DNA of 64,000 nt from Takakia lepidozioides (taxonomy: Eukaryota > Plantae > Bryophyta). A model generated the notes under the pieces. The model ran no database searches. It was not told where the DNA came from and saw nothing but the letters and a program-made list of their open reading frames with translations. The translations under genes and the position numbers were made by a program. The stretch lies in contig CM060734.1 in NCBI GenBank assembly GCA_030704615.1, positions 3,224,001 through 3,288,000 of the forward strand, given 5' to 3'. Positions 26,050 to 39,900 of this stretch are shown piece by piece; the stretch's first letter is position 1; each line of letters opens with the position of its first letter.

Positions 26050-27644
26050 AAGCTTGCTTTGACAAGTGTGTTTTCTAATATTGGGGTTGTCGACTATTGT
26101 GATCGACAAATGTAAGACCAATTTGAATGCCATCACGTGGTGGTAGAGAAAGATCTGTATTGTTGGAAGGATGGGATTCTCGGCAAGGAGCAAGTTGCGG
26201 GAAGAGTTTTACTATGTCGTTTCCATGTCATGAAAGCGTGGAGTGAAAATCTTTTGCCACGTATCCCTCTTGAAGAAAGAACAATTGTGTGGCATCGTTT
26301 ACATGCATTGATGACTTGCTTCGATGAAGGTTTGTTTGACAATCACTTGGGGGTTTTCTATGAGGATTTCAAGCATTTTCGGGGAGTGGAAGAATACATA
26401 AGAACGGGATGGGCTAATGAAGGTGTTCCTTGGAGAGCATTGTGGCCAACTTGGGGAAGGCTTTTTACGTATGGAGGGATGGATACGACGAATCACATGG
26501 AACGACATTGGGAGTGGATCAAGTACACACTACTTGGGGGCAAAGTTAATCGATCTATTCGGGATCTCATTGTCGCAATCATTGGGAGTGCTGCTGATGG
26601 TACACGCGTCAGTGGACCAACGTTGATACAATATTTTCACCAATGTCAAGCGATAGGTATGAATCATATACACACACATCATGTTTCTATTTAATTGTTG
26701 TTTATGTTTTAATATTCTTATTATTACATAATGTGATCATAGTTTTAATCTTCATTATTTTTGTGAAATGTAGATGATTCAGGGAGGTTTGCAAGAAGGG
26801 CAAACGATAAATTCCATAGACGTCGATTGGCGGGGGGTGAGCGATTACTCCATTCATACAACTTGGACCCAAAGGGAGTTCTGCAAGTAGTGGACCAAGA
26901 CCTCTTATTATTCCGTGTGACGAGCGAGAGCTCGACAAACTAGTGGTACAATGTATCTTTGACAAGTCACTATTGCGATTGTCCTTCCACTTCAAGTTCA
27001 TGCAAACATATCATTGGAGTGGAATTGATAATAAAGATGTACTTCTCGACTTCTTCTATGCAAACATTTTCAACTTCAATGATGACTTGGTGAATGAGGT
27101 CACGACATACGTGGACACGAACATGTCTGATGAAAATGAAGACATTCATAATGATCCCACAACAAACGAGGGCGACATTGCACGAACAAAACTTCTTGAG
27201 CTTGTGGGTGATTTGGAGTTGGAGCTTGTCAAAGTGCGGAGCCAGGTGACACATTACTCTTTGGAAGAGTTGAAATGCAAGTTGAAAGCGATCAAGAAGT
27301 GTGTGACATCTATCACCGAACCATTTACTTTCACACGGCCTTCCACAATTTCTCTACCTTCCAAAGGTTCTATATATGGTATACAAGAGAATGTAAGGAG
27401 GACTAGGATGAGGCATGGTAATACCAAAAAATGCATTGTTATTGAAGGTGGTGATAGAGACGGAGCTCGGCCGCAAGCTAAACGCCCATCACATATAATG
27501 CTCTCGCGGTCAAAACAAAAGAGAATATTTTTTCCGAAAATACCTAAAGTGAAATGTGATGTGTGTTTTACAAGTACACGTGTTGAAAAAGATGATATCA
27601 CCGTGTCATGTCGTAATTGTGACCATACTTTGCCGATGAAATAA
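26050..27644 (+). pseudogene. MULE (Mutator-like) transposase, C-terminal part with SWIM and terminal C4 zinc ribbon
   Basis: IVIDKC, LLCRFHVMKAW and DTTNHMERHW (catalytic E). GT-AG intron 26657-26773. SWIM YNVSLTSHYCDCPSTSSSCKH. Terminal CDVC..CRNC. Confidence 0.85.
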
Positions 27645-27759
27645 AGTATTCATGCATTGTTGACCGAATTTACTTTTGTATTGTTTTCAAATAATCTCTA
27701 ACTTAGTTATATTGAGGAGACATTGTGTAACATATGTATTCTTGCATATTGTTACAACA

Positions 27760-28577
27760 ATGTATATTCAACATAAGATCTACACTTACACAAATACGTA
27801 TCCCTTATGAACTTATAGATGACGCTTAATACCCATTAAACTATGTCATATAATTTATGATATATGTATGGAATTTTGACATCCAATGCAACATTAAGCA
27901 CACTTAGATGACATTCTTAAAGCAAATTTTGCATACATCCACATATGTGTATGGCTGAATGTGTGCAAATGTGTTGTACACTTTTGACATTATGTATGCA
28001 ATACTAACCTACTTAAATGACACTTCTAAGACAATTTGTGCACATTGTCTTAAATCTATATGGCTCAATGCTTGACAATGTGCTATATATTTTTGTCAAT
28101 TTGTATGAAATATCATCATGCAATACAACACTTGCCTACTTAAACGACACTCCCCAATCATATTTTTACATATATTTGGGGAAGTCTACGATCTGGAAGT
28201 CTACTGCATACGTGTAGCCTCCTGTCTTCATCTTGACATTTGCTATGTGCGTGTGTGTATGGAGTCTATACTAATATAATTTTGTATAAGCCTATACTTA
28301 ATGTATGAAATATGGGGATCTTCCATATGACACTAAGTGACACTTAGTACATGACACTTCTAAACCCACTATGTGCAATCAGTGTGCATAGCTTAATATG
28401 CCAAAATATATCATTCATTTTATGTGAGATGAAATTTGGATATCCACACCAATACTAACCCACTTAAACGACATTCTTAGACACATTACTTGTACATTAT
28501 GCATATAAATATTCGTCAATGAAGCTATGACGATGTATATACTAATATAAATTTGTATAAGCCTATACTTAATGTAT
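27760..28577. repeat. AT-rich degenerate repeats downstream of the MULE transposase
   Basis: Recurrent ACTTAAAYGACAYT motif, plus a ~40-bp direct repeat at 28267-28306 and 28537-28577. Confidence 0.55.
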
Positions 28578-28599
28578 TACAACCACGATTCATACATTA

Positions 28600-29270
28600 T
28601 CCTGCATATATCGGAAAAGGTAGTTTTGCCCGAGTTGGAGCTACTATTGCCATCTGTGGCCCTACTCCCTGCCCTGTGGCAGGTGCTGGTCCTCCTATAG
28701 GTGTTGGTCCTTGAGGACCTGCTATGGTTGTGGTTGAAACCCCACCAGGTGTTGGCCCCTGAGCAGTTCATGCTACAGGCCCCCTGTATTTGCAGTACCC
28801 CCAGCTCCAGTTGCACCACTTCCCACACTCCCTGTCCCCCAAAGCCAGATCCAGGCTGCCCGCCTGATCCCCCTGAGCTGATGCATGTGTTGGCATGTGA
28901 TCCAAGTGTTTTGGTTGGGATGTCCTGGGCCTATACCAACATCAGCTGTTGGGTCTACATCTTCATAGTCTTCATCTTCCAAGTTTTTCTCTCTGTTTTC
29001 ATCTTCCAAGTTCTTATATTGGATTTCTTCTTCCTCACTCACATAACTCAATTGGAGTGGTGTTGGAGAGTGTGAACTCTCCGTTGGCTCTGCCTCATCT
29101 TCAGGACTCTCCTTCCTTGGCTGGTGTTTCAGAAACTGGAGTTCATGCTCTTGGTGTATCATGCCAACTCTGATCAAAGATTTCTGTCAAATCTTTAACC
29201 CAGGGATGTACCTCAGATCTTTCCCCTTGTGGCTGATCTTCTTCCTGTACCAAATCCCTTAACCTTTCTT
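28600..29270 (-). pseudogene. gag: Family A gag N-terminal fragment
   Basis: AEPTESSHSPTPLQLSY..EDENREKNLEDEDYE, matching the other family A copies. Confidence 0.8.
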
Positions 29271-29326
29271 GTAACTCTGAATACTTCAGCCACTCCCCAT
29301 CCTACTTGCATGGCATGATTTGGAAA

Positions 29327-31449
29327 TCATCCACTGCTACTGAAGTTGATGCCACCATAACACTTGGTAATGGTACGGGGTTTACCTCCTGAGTAGATGG
29401 CCTGTACCAGTGCCTGTTGACTTTGTGGTGGTTGTGTTGTTGGTGGTGTTTGTGCTAGTGTTGTTGTTGTTGATTGTATTGGCGCTTCTTGTTCATGGTC
29501 TTGCTCCTCTTGGTCGTCTTCATCCATGAGCTCATCTTGTTCTGGAATTGGTGGCAGGAATTCCTCGTGAATGTCTGTCACCAATTTTGCCAATTGACAT
29601 TTCATTTGTTTTATCATTGCCCTGTTGAGTTTCTTCATTTCCAGTTCACTCCCTTCACTCAACCATGCTCGGGCCAAGGCTGCGTCTGCTGCGTCTAGCC
29701 CTACTTACAGTGTCAGCTTCTCCAGCTGCTACTTCCATTCTTGTTTGTTGTGTATGGCAATTTCTCTTTCTGTGTTGGCTGTGAACAGCCTACTTTTTGC
29801 ATTTTCCCTTTCTCTCAGCAGTACGGTATTGCATGAGAGCCACTGGTTCCCTGATCTTTGGCAGTCCTCAGCTGCCCCTTGAGTGTCTCCACCTGCCCCG
29901 TGAGTGTCTCCACCTCTGTCTCCGTGTTTCGAGATCGTTCTCTTTTTGCATCGAGGTCGGCTTGGACATTCTGTGTTTTGTCCCTCTGTCTTTGCCACTT
30001 TTGTTCCCACTCGTCTCGGCATTCTATCAAGGTGTTGTACTGGCAAAGTAAAGTAGTCTTTTGATCCTCCAATGATGCAATTGTAACCTCGTGGTTACAT
30101 ACTGTTCGTGCTGCTGCCAATTCCCTCTGGTGTTTTTCTTTGAGGTGGTCTATGATCATGGTAAGGTTCTCCGGACTTATGTAATCCTTGGCTCTGTCCA
30201 TGAAAATTGTCACTTGGCCCAATGCTTGTACTGCCTGTAGAATTGCATTCGGTGGTGCTTCTTCCAAACCCGTGTTGTATCCAGGACGTGCTGTGAGAGT
30301 AATAATTCCAAATTGGAATTATTGTCTTGCTGCTCCTGACCTTGTGTCGCTTGCGCCACCTGCTGTTGCTGCACAACTATGGCTCCCTCCTCTGTTGCTG
30401 GTTGTGTGACCTCTGCAGGTGTTGTTTGCTGGATTTTGGTGTTGGCAGGGGCAATTTCCATGGGTGTTGTTTCATTGGCCTGCGGCTGGTCCCCTCCTTC
30501 TGGCTGTTGATTCTCTTTTTCTTTCTGCAGTGTAGAATCAGCCGTTGAGTTGAAGAGGTTTTCCGCCATTGCACTCATGGTTGCTTCGTTGATTTGGGCC
30601 CTCTTTGCAAGTCCGCCCTCTTCCTCCAATGGTTGTCTTTCCTCATCTTGCCCTGCTGCCGTCTCACTTCCTTCCTCCTCCATTGTGTCTGCCCGCCGCA
30701 TGACTCCTAATGTTGTTTGCTCTTCGGGTGTCAGGTGCACCGTGTGTCGAATCATTTGGAGCATCAGGGGAGTCACCATGGTCACTGTCGTTTCCTTCTT
30801 GCCTGGTTAATTCTTGGGTCAACTTCTTCAACAAGAAGCCTACCCAATTCACGATTTGCCCGTTGAGGCAAATCAACACCTGGTCGATTACCTCCTCGGT
30901 GCAATAGCTGTGGTTTTGCCTGAGGCAAAGCAACGTGCTAAGCACCGGGGCTATCTTCTTAAAGCCGGGGTTTTTGCTGTGATTGCATGTGTAGCCCTGA
31001 TCGGCTTGGTTGAGATTCTCAAACAGATCCGCAATCACAAACCTTGGTGGTTTGCTGCTGTGCGCAGGGACGTCCTGACTCGGAAGATGAAACACTTCCG
31101 CCAAGTACTTCTTCGTCAATGGAATATGTGTGTCACAGACGTTTGTGCTTTGAGCTCTGGTGTTGTAGTTCTCCAAGCACTCCCTACACAGATCGTCGTG
31201 CTTAAGGTTCCAGTCGAACGTGGTGATGAAGTACCGCAGGCCAAGACTGTCCAACGTCTCCTGTATGTCTGCGTCTTGCTCCATCTTCCTCAACGCCGGG
31301 CTGATTTTGAAATTCACCTGCACATGAGAACCTGGTGTCTTCCTGCCATTTCCCTTAGTTTGGCTGTTGCTATAAGGAATTGGAGCACCAATTCCTGTAT
31401 CAAGAGCAGTATGAAGCACACTGGAAGTTGTGTAGACAACAATTTCCAA
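29327..31449 (-). pseudogene. Divergent Gypsy accessory ORF (plant transposon protein-like domain + acidic linker + coiled coil)
   Basis: DWNLKHDDLCRECLENYN..IPLTKKYLAEVFHLP..QGYTC..GQIVNWVGFLL aligns by eye with the family A accessory ORF. Heptad-rich C-terminal ORFs at 29815-30267 and 29327-29677. Confidence 0.65.
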
Positions 31450-31534
31450 TTTGCGGAAGAGGAAGTGTGGGGCTCGTTTTTGGGTTTAAGTAGGGGTTCT
31501 GCCTTTTGGGCTTCCACTCTTGCTTCTCTCGAGG

Positions 31535-31608
31535 TCAAAGTCTGGCAGAATGGGTTGCAATGGAATGTACTTGGTCCAACCCATGAGAGTGGGTGAACAG
31601 TAGAATCT
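31535..31608 (-). pseudogene. Displaced continuation of the LINE endonuclease
   Basis: Removing 31609-44683 restores ARLDRFYCSPTLMGWTKYIPLQPILPDFDL. Confidence 0.75.
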
Positions 31609-33299
31609 TGTTAGAGGGCTATCTGGGACTTAGACAGTTTTACGGGTTCTTTGGGGTACCCTTAATTTTTGCGTAAACTTACGGATGGTAGACTTAGACC
31701 AACATAGGCTTTAGGGTGGTACACAGGCTTACACAGTCAGTCACGGCCTTACACAATCTGACATAGCCTTATACAGCTTGACATAGCTTGACACAGTCTA
31801 TCACAGCCCGACACAGCCAGTCACAACCCGACATAGTCCAACACAGTCTATCACAGCCTGACACAACCAGTCACAGCCCGGCACAGTCCGACACAGTCAG
31901 TCACAACCCGGCACAGTCCAACACAGCCCGTCACAGCCGACACAGTGCATTCTCAGGGAACGGTTACCATGGTAGGGAACGACTGTGTGGGAAGGACATT
32001 TACAGAGGGAACGTACATTCTATCTGGATGATAGTTAGTTAGTTAGGCAGTTAGAACAACTTGAAGGTAGAAAAGGCAGAGTAGCAATGGGGAGAGGACA
32101 CTTCTAGGATCACGACTTGGACATCACGGGAGGAGATCAAGCGGAGAGCATGATCTTGGAGCACAGGGGATGGAGATTACACATACGATGAGATGATGCT
32201 TGATTCATGCAAGCTGTAGAGATGTACTGTAGAGTAGATTAGAGACACCATGGCTTCAGCCTGATACTTGATAGATCTTAATCTGATACATATTTCATAC
32301 TCACACTGTGTAGAGAGACCTGAGTGAAGCTGTGGAATGAATGGATGAGTGATTGGAACCTAGTAGATTGCTGAAGCAATCTGATACTTAAATATAACAG
32401 TAAGGTAACTTGCTGACATGAAGGCAAGAAGGAATACAAACAGGAAGCACTCCCATGATATGTTGTGGGCAGGGGGTCGGGACACATGAGGGGCTGCCCC
32501 TGTGGTGGGGGCAGCGGCAGCGATAGGTATGGGGGGCTGAAGCACCCTTGAGTGCCCAAGGCACTTAGGGAAGCGGAGGCGCTCACTAGGTGGAGCCCCG
32601 CACACCGGGTTGCGGTGGGGGTGGCTCCACAAGGGGTGGTGGTAGCTTAGCGGGACTTAGTGGGGGTGGCATAGGACTCACCATGGGGGCGGAGACCTCG
32701 TGGTGGGAGTCGTGGGGAGTCTTGGGACTCATCACGGTCCATAGGGGCCGTGATGAGTGGGCCAAGACTCACCGCGACTCATCACCGGGAGTCGAGGGTT
32801 TTCGTGGTGGTTCGCCATAAAATGGCATGGCTGGTTGTGAAACCCCCGCGGACAGCTACAGAAGTATATATAGGGAGTAGTAACCCCGAGAACGGTGCAA
32901 GCCCGTTGGTGACCAAAAACTAGTGAGTAAGCGAGCGAGCCGAAAAACGACCATAAAAGTGGGGAGCTGTTCCGGACTGCCATCTACCAAAGGGAATTCC
33001 ACTAGTCCCAAATAGGTGGAGGGTTTAGTGGGAAGCGAAGGGGGACCGTTATGTCCCGGTGAGCAGCCGAAGCTCCAAGTTGGCCCGGCGGCCAGGTTGG
33101 GAGTCAGGCACGCGCATCAAAGCGAGTAACTATGACGTGAAGGGGAGCTTACCGAAGGGAGGTGCGCGACATGATACACTAGTTGTAGGTCATGACTGAT
33201 TATTTTGAGCGGGCTGAGTGCTTAGAGATATTCAACTCTTCTATCTTGGAGTTCCCACCTCGGATAGCAAAGGGATGGGTGAGTCAAAGCCACTCGACA
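31609..33299 (+). repeat. 5' LTR-A1 (contains solo LTR-B)
   Basis: TGTTAGAGGG..CACTCGACA; collinear with 43771-44678. Confidence 0.92.
32461..33171 (+). repeat. Solo LTR-B with 5-bp TSD TGATA
   Basis: TG..CGCGACA termini. TGATA at 32456-32460 and 33172-33176. The 3' LTR-A1 shows the empty site (CCCATGATACACT). Confidence 0.92.
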
Positions 33300-33915
33300 T
33301 TTGGCGACCATACTGGGGAACTGAGTCAAGAACAACCAGATGTGACAGGCATCTGGTGGGATCATGGTGGTTGGAGAATCAAAGAATTTGATGTGAATCA
33401 AATTCCCTGTGGAACTGAGAAAGAAAGATTGTCCAAACAATTCTTTCAGAGATTCTTGGGATTGCCAGACGGTTGCAAAGAAAACATTCTTAAGAGAGTG
33501 CATGATGCTGATCGTGAGTGGGGTCTGGAGAAATGAGTGATAAAGATTTATCAAGTGGCATGTAGAGGGAGAGCAAGTTGGTTACCGACACTGGTTTATG
33601 TGATAGCATTGTTATCCATTAAACGAGTGGAGTTTGAAGGCTGGGAGGAACGGAAAGTGAATGTTTACACTCATATGCATGAAGAACTTGTATTAGTAAA
33701 GAATTGGATTCCTAAGGATATCATGTGGATCAAACTTACACCAAGAACAACTTTTCAGACGTGTTTGCCATGTGGTTATATGGTAACGGAGATCTGTAGT
33801 ATACCCAAGGGTGCATTAAAGCTTGAAAGAAATCCAGGCATATACGAGAGATACTACAGAAGAGAGTTTTGGTTATTGTCTCATTAAATATATGAAAGAC
33901 ATGGGACATGAGTGA
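33192..33915 (+). pseudogene. 5' extra ORF (ORF0) of family A, starting inside the LTR
   Basis: MTDYFERAECLEIF..FGDHTGEL..WWDHGGWRIKEF, ending MKDMGHE*. The stop overlaps the gag ATG (CATGAGTGA). Homologue at ~62350-63080 (-). Confidence 0.6.
33302..33319 (+). promoter_or_regulatory. Primer binding site (TGGCGACCATACTGGGGA; probably tRNA-Arg type)
   Basis: Starts after a 2-nt spacer following the LTR CA end. An identical copy lies at 62953-62970 (-). Confidence 0.8.
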
Positions 33916-36900
33916 TGAAAGAGAAGCTAGACTCCACAGATATTCAGCGAAAAGATAAAGTTATTTGAAAGCTAATTATCCATACCTTTGGGAGAGAGGA
34001 ATAGACATAGGGGAATCATCTGGACCTCTCACACCATTAAGACCAGAGAGTACATCACCCATACCAGAGGAACCAGAGTTGGATGCCACTCCTTCTTATT
34101 CTTTACAAGAAAGATTAAGGGATTTGATAGAGGAAGAAGATCAGCCACGAGGGGAGAGATCTGAGGTACATCCCTAGATTAAAGATTTGACAAAAATCTT
34201 TGATCAGAGTTGGCATGGGACACCAAAAGCAGGAACTCCAGTTTCTGAATCACAAGACAAAGGAGGAGAGGAAGACGTGGCAGAGCCAACGGAGAGTTCA
34301 GACTCTCCAACACCACTTCAGTTGAGTTATATGAGTGAGGAAGAGGAAATCCAAGAGAGGAACTTGGAAGATGGAAACAGAGAGAAGAATTTGGAAGATG
34401 AAGAGTATGAAGAAGTAGATCCAACAATTGAGGTTGAGACTACAACCAGGACATCCCAACCTGTTGGACCTGGATCAAGTGGAGCACTTGAATCACAGGC
34501 CAACAAAGGTGTCGGCTCAGGGGGATCAGGTGGGCAGCTTGGATCTGGCTCTGGGGGGACAGGGAGTGTGGGAAGTAGTGCAACTGGAGTTGGGAATACT
34601 GTAAGTATAGAGGGGCCAGTAGCAGGGAGTGCTCAGGGGCCAACACCTGGTGGGAGTTCCACCACTACAACAGTAGGTCCTCAAGGACTAGCACCAACAG
34701 GAGGACTAGTACCTATTAGTGGGCAGAGTGTAGGGCCACAGATGGCGGTACCTCCAACACGGGCAAAACCACCTTTTCCAATATATGCAGGGAAAGGGGA
34801 TCCTGATGTACACATCAGCCAATTTGAGCACATGTGTATTGTGAACAATGAGAATGGCGATGATGCCAAGATAATTGCATTAATGGGCCCGTAATTAGTT
34901 TCGGCTGAAGTACCGGGTAGGTACTTTGACGGCCATGTTTGTCTTCTTGCATGATGGCACCCGCTATTGCAGGACATGCAGTACGGAGCGCTTTGCCCCT
35001 TAGGCCACGTGTTCAATTTTAAACATGCTCCCGTCTTCCGCTGTCCACGTGGCACATTCTCCGAGTTTGACTACCAAACTTCTTTTACACTCACCGGCCA
35101 CTTCCCTGACGTTAACCCGCGTCCACCTGTCACTGACCCTATGGATTGTGCAACGTGTGTGGGTTGTGTTGGGCTGTGACAGGTTGTGTCAAACTGTGGT
35201 GGGCTGTGATAGCTGTGTGAATACCCATGTTCTTTGTGATGGCTATACACATTCGGCTTAACGACAAGTGCTTCATGTTTCTTTGGTGTTACCGGTGTAG
35301 GCTGTGACTGCATAGCATCTCTTTGTTAATGGTTTGTAACATGGATGTGTTATTATCATACATCTTCTGTATGACATAAGGTCCTTTCCATGGTGACTTA
35401 AGCTTAGAAGCTTTAATCTTTCCCTTCTTCTGCAACCACAGTACCAAATCACTCATCTTAAAAGTCTTCAATTTTCCTTCATCAAACTGATCCTTTCTCT
35501 TCATCTGAATTCTAGTCATGTTATTTGTTGCATCAGCACGTACTTCTTCCACATGATACAATTCATGTTTCCTAACTTTAATTGAATCCTCCAATTCCAT
35601 TCTCCTTCCTCATTCCGTTCTCATAGTAGGTAATAAGAATTCTACTGGTAGTAAAGCTTCCATACCATAAACTAATTGGAATGGTGTATACTTGGTTGTG
35701 ACTTTATATGAAGTCATGTATGACCACAAAGCTGTCAGCAACTTTGTATCCCAATCCGTTCTGTTTGCATTGACTATCTTAGCCAAGATAGTGCATAGTA
35801 TTTTGTTGGTGGCCTCTGCCTGCCCATTGCCCTGTGGGTAGTAGGTTGTACTCTTCCTGTGCACAATCATGAACTCTTTAGTTAATAGTTCTATGGTCTC
35901 ATTAATGAAGTGACTTCCCTGATCACTGATAAATTCCAGGGGACAGCCAAATCTTGTGAGTATGTTCTCATACATGAACCTTGCTGTGGACTTAGCTGTG
36001 TTGTCCCTTAGAGCCTTAGTTTCCACCCACTTTGTAGTATAATCAGTGGCTGTGATTATATACTTGTTCAGTGTATTTCTGGCTAGTGGATTAATTGGTC
36101 CAACAAAGTCTAGTCCCCATTTCTGAAATGGTTCAGTATGCATCGTAGGATGCAAAGCCATCTTCCCAGATCTTTGCAAAGGTCCTAGCCTCTGACACTC
36201 ATCACAACTCTTGCAATACTTGTGTACATCCTTGAACAAAGTAGGCCACTAGTAACCTGCAAGTAGTATTTTTCTACTGGTAGTCTCCTCTCCAAAATGT
36301 CCTCCAGCCACTCCTTTATGAACTTCTTCCAAAACTTTATTTACTTCATGGTGGTACAAGCATCGTTAAAGAACTCCATCAGGTCCCAGCTTATATAATC
36401 TTCCACCTATCATAGTATATGGTAAAGCTTTAATAACTATTCTTATCCTTTGCTCCTTCGTATTCCATGACTATGCATGATGGGAAGCACAAGATACAGG
36501 TCACCACTAAGAAATCTAGTAGGTTACCTGCTACCAGAAGACCTCGTGGAGTCAGGGAGTATGACTGGAGGGGAGGACTTGATGAGGAGCAGGAAGCTAC
36601 CTTGTTTGTTGCACACCCAGAGTGGGAGCAGGTTGTAGAAATGCAACTAGGAGGCCTGAGTTGCTTTAAAGGTATCTGCTGTGGTGTAGTAACAGCAACA
36701 CCAATTGAGGGGGAAACAAGTAGTTACCCACCACATTTCTATGAAGAAATAGAGGGAGAAATAGAAATCCTAGAAGAACCAGCCACCGTGAGTTTACAGG
36801 ATGAAGTAGTGGCTGGATGGACAATCACAGCTGAGGAGCAGGTGAGAGAAGTGAATGTGGGAATTGAGTAGGAACCAAGAATGGTGAGAGTAGGGGCTGA

Positions 36901-39900
36901 CTTGGAGCCATAATTCTTTCAAATACAAAGATGTATTTGCTTGGAGCTATGAGGATCTGAAAGGGATACCACCTGAGATCTACCAGCATAAGATTGAACT
37001 GGAACCAGGGTCAGTACCAATCAAACATGCAAGGTACATGATGAATCCCAACTATGCACAGAAGATTGGGGAAGAGCTCAAGAAGTTGGCTGAGGCTAAG
37101 TTCATATACCCGATAGAGTATACAACTTGGTTGTCACCCATTGTGATAGTTCCCAAGAAGAATGACAAACTGAGAGTTTGTGTGAACTATAAAAAGTTGA
37201 ATGCTTGTACAAAGAAAGATCCCTTTCCTTTGCCATTTACTCCTCTCAGCACTGTTCAACAATCTGCTAGCATAGTACACAGGTGAATCTATGTTTCATG
37301 TGACATTTTGGGCTAACACAGCTCCCAATGCTTCTCCTAAGGCATTACAGTGTACATGAAATACTATATGCCAATGCGGGTTAATCAGCACAGGTGTAGT
37401 TGTTACTGACAATGTAAGTGCCTCAAATGCCTGTTGACATTCAGCTGTCCACGCAAACACTGCATCCTTCTTCAAAAGCTTGCTCAATGGGGCTGCCATC
37501 TATGCATATCGTCTGACAAACCTTCTATAATAAGTAGTTTGTCCAAGGGACCTCCTTAGACCCTTAACGTTACTTGGTGGTGGTGAGGCTTTAATAGCCT
37601 CTGTCTTTCTAAGATCCACAAGCAGTCCCTTCTTACACACAATATGTCCCAGTAGTACCCTTGAGTTCACGCAGAAAGTACACTTTTCTGGATTCAGACC
37701 AAGACCTCTCATCCTGCATCAAACATAATTCCAACTTCTGCAAGTGCTCATTCTTAGAGCTGTACACGCTGAAGTCATCTAAGAACACTTGCATGAAATC
37801 ATCCAAATACTCATGGAAAGATTCACTTATCACCCTCTGGAAAGTTGCTGGTGCATTACAAAGTCCAAAAGGCATGATTTTATATGCATAAGCACCCCAG
37901 TCTGTGATGAAAGCTGTCTTTCCCTGGTCTTTTTCCGCCACTTGCACTTGGTTATACCCATTGAAGCCATCCATGAATGAGTACATCTCATGACCTACCA
38001 CAGTGTCCATAGCACAACTGAAAGAGAAGCTTTGGCAATGATTTATGCAGTCAAGAAATTCAGGCATTACCTATTGGGAAGGAAGTTTATGTTCTATGTG
38101 GATCATCAGGCTTTGATTTATTTGGTGAACAAGCCTTTGATAAGTGGTAGGATAGCAAGATGGATGATAATCTTGCACGAGTTTGAATTTGAAGTTGTTT
38201 ACAAGCCTGGCCGTTTGCATCTTGTGGCAGATCACTTGTCACGGCTATCAACAGGAGAGATTGCCACGGGAGTAGACGACCAACTACCTAACGCGAGTTT
38301 ATTTGCAGTGGAAATGCAGGGAAGTGCAGATGATTGGTTAGATTGGCAGTGGCCAACCAGATATTACCTTACTCATGGTCGACCCAGCAATAAAGAGTAA
38401 GCTTCCATGCCATCATCCATTTTCAACACAGTCACTGTGATCTTAAAGATCACCTTCTGAATCTGTATCTTAACTCCTCTTATCAAGCCTAATGGCTGTA
38501 CACTCCGTTGATCTGCCATTGTTACTGTGAATGGGGCTAGTTTCATGTTATTTAGACCAAGCTTCTGTCTTAATTGGTCTGTCATAATATTCACTCCCGA
38601 GCCTCCATCTATCAGTACATCAGTCAAGTCCGTGCTTCCAATTCTCAAATGGATTACTGGCATAGAATCATCAAAGTCCATGACTGTTTCTCGCCCTTCA
38701 GGCTTCACATTATAACTGGTCATCTTACCGTTCAGGTCTGTGTTCTTTGTCACATGTGCAATCTGATTGATTGCTTGATACAGCCTGTGTCTACAATGGG
38801 GTGCCACAACCAATAGCTGTCCAATGATAATCTCAGCTTTGGACTGGCATACTACTTCAGCCAAAGTCCCTTCATTACTCTGCACTTGTGCAGCTTCTTG
38901 CTTCACTTCATCTTCACCCTCTTCATCTTCTCTATCAGAGTCAGAAGAATCTGCCATAGGGATATCAGTATCCTTTTGCATTTCCCTTATGGTATCAGCT
39001 ACTTCCTTGTGCAGTTCCTTCTCATCTCTCCAAGCCTCATCATCTTCAGGCACATCACTGCCATCTTCATTTACATCTTCTTCCTCATCCACTGGAGGTA
39101 TTAGTTTAGCTTTGCTTCTGGTAACTATCATTGTACTTACTTCTGGTACAAAACATGGCCTAAACATGTGAGCTGCCACCATTGGGCCCTCATTCACAGG
39201 AGCTCTCATCTCATTATGGTGTCCGATCCAGAATGGACATGCAGCTTTGCGATGTCCTGCCTGGTTACAATAGTAACACAGTTCTTCACCATTGGGTCCT
39301 CGCCCTTGGTCTGTTATGGGAATATTTCTATAATCCTGATTCCCTGGCTGGTAATTCCCCCTTAGATTACCCTGATAGTTGCCTCTGGGATTGCCTTGGT
39401 AATTCCCTCTTGGATTACCCCTCCCTGCCATTCCATTGTTATATCCACCAGGCCTACCATAGTGGTCTTGTTCATTGTTTCTTCTTGGCTGGGGCTGCAC
39501 TTGATGCATCCTTACTTGCCTAGGTTCTCTTGCAGCTGTCCTTCTGTTGTAATAACAATTCTCAGTAGAATGGTTATCCATTTTACAGATAGTACAGTGT
39601 TTCTCCTTCATGTGGCATTCAGCTGTGGGATGGCCTTAATTCTGGCATTTTGCACACCAAACACCCTTCCTCCAATGTGTTGCAGCCTCTGTGGCATACT
39701 TTTTCAAGATTTCTTCCAGTCTTTTCTCATAGTTATCCCTCTTCAACTTTTCCTTCTTCTTACTCTTCCTCTTGAGCTCTTGCTCTTCTTCCTCATCTGA
39801 CTCATCTTCAGAGTCCTCATCATCCTTTCTCTCTCTCCTGAGCATCCCCAATTGCTCAATTATGTTGGCTGTTTCAAATGCCTCTTCCACTGTATTATGG

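Noticed and set aside
33302-33319. tRNA gene
   Set aside because: Only an 18-nt PBS; no cloverleaf.
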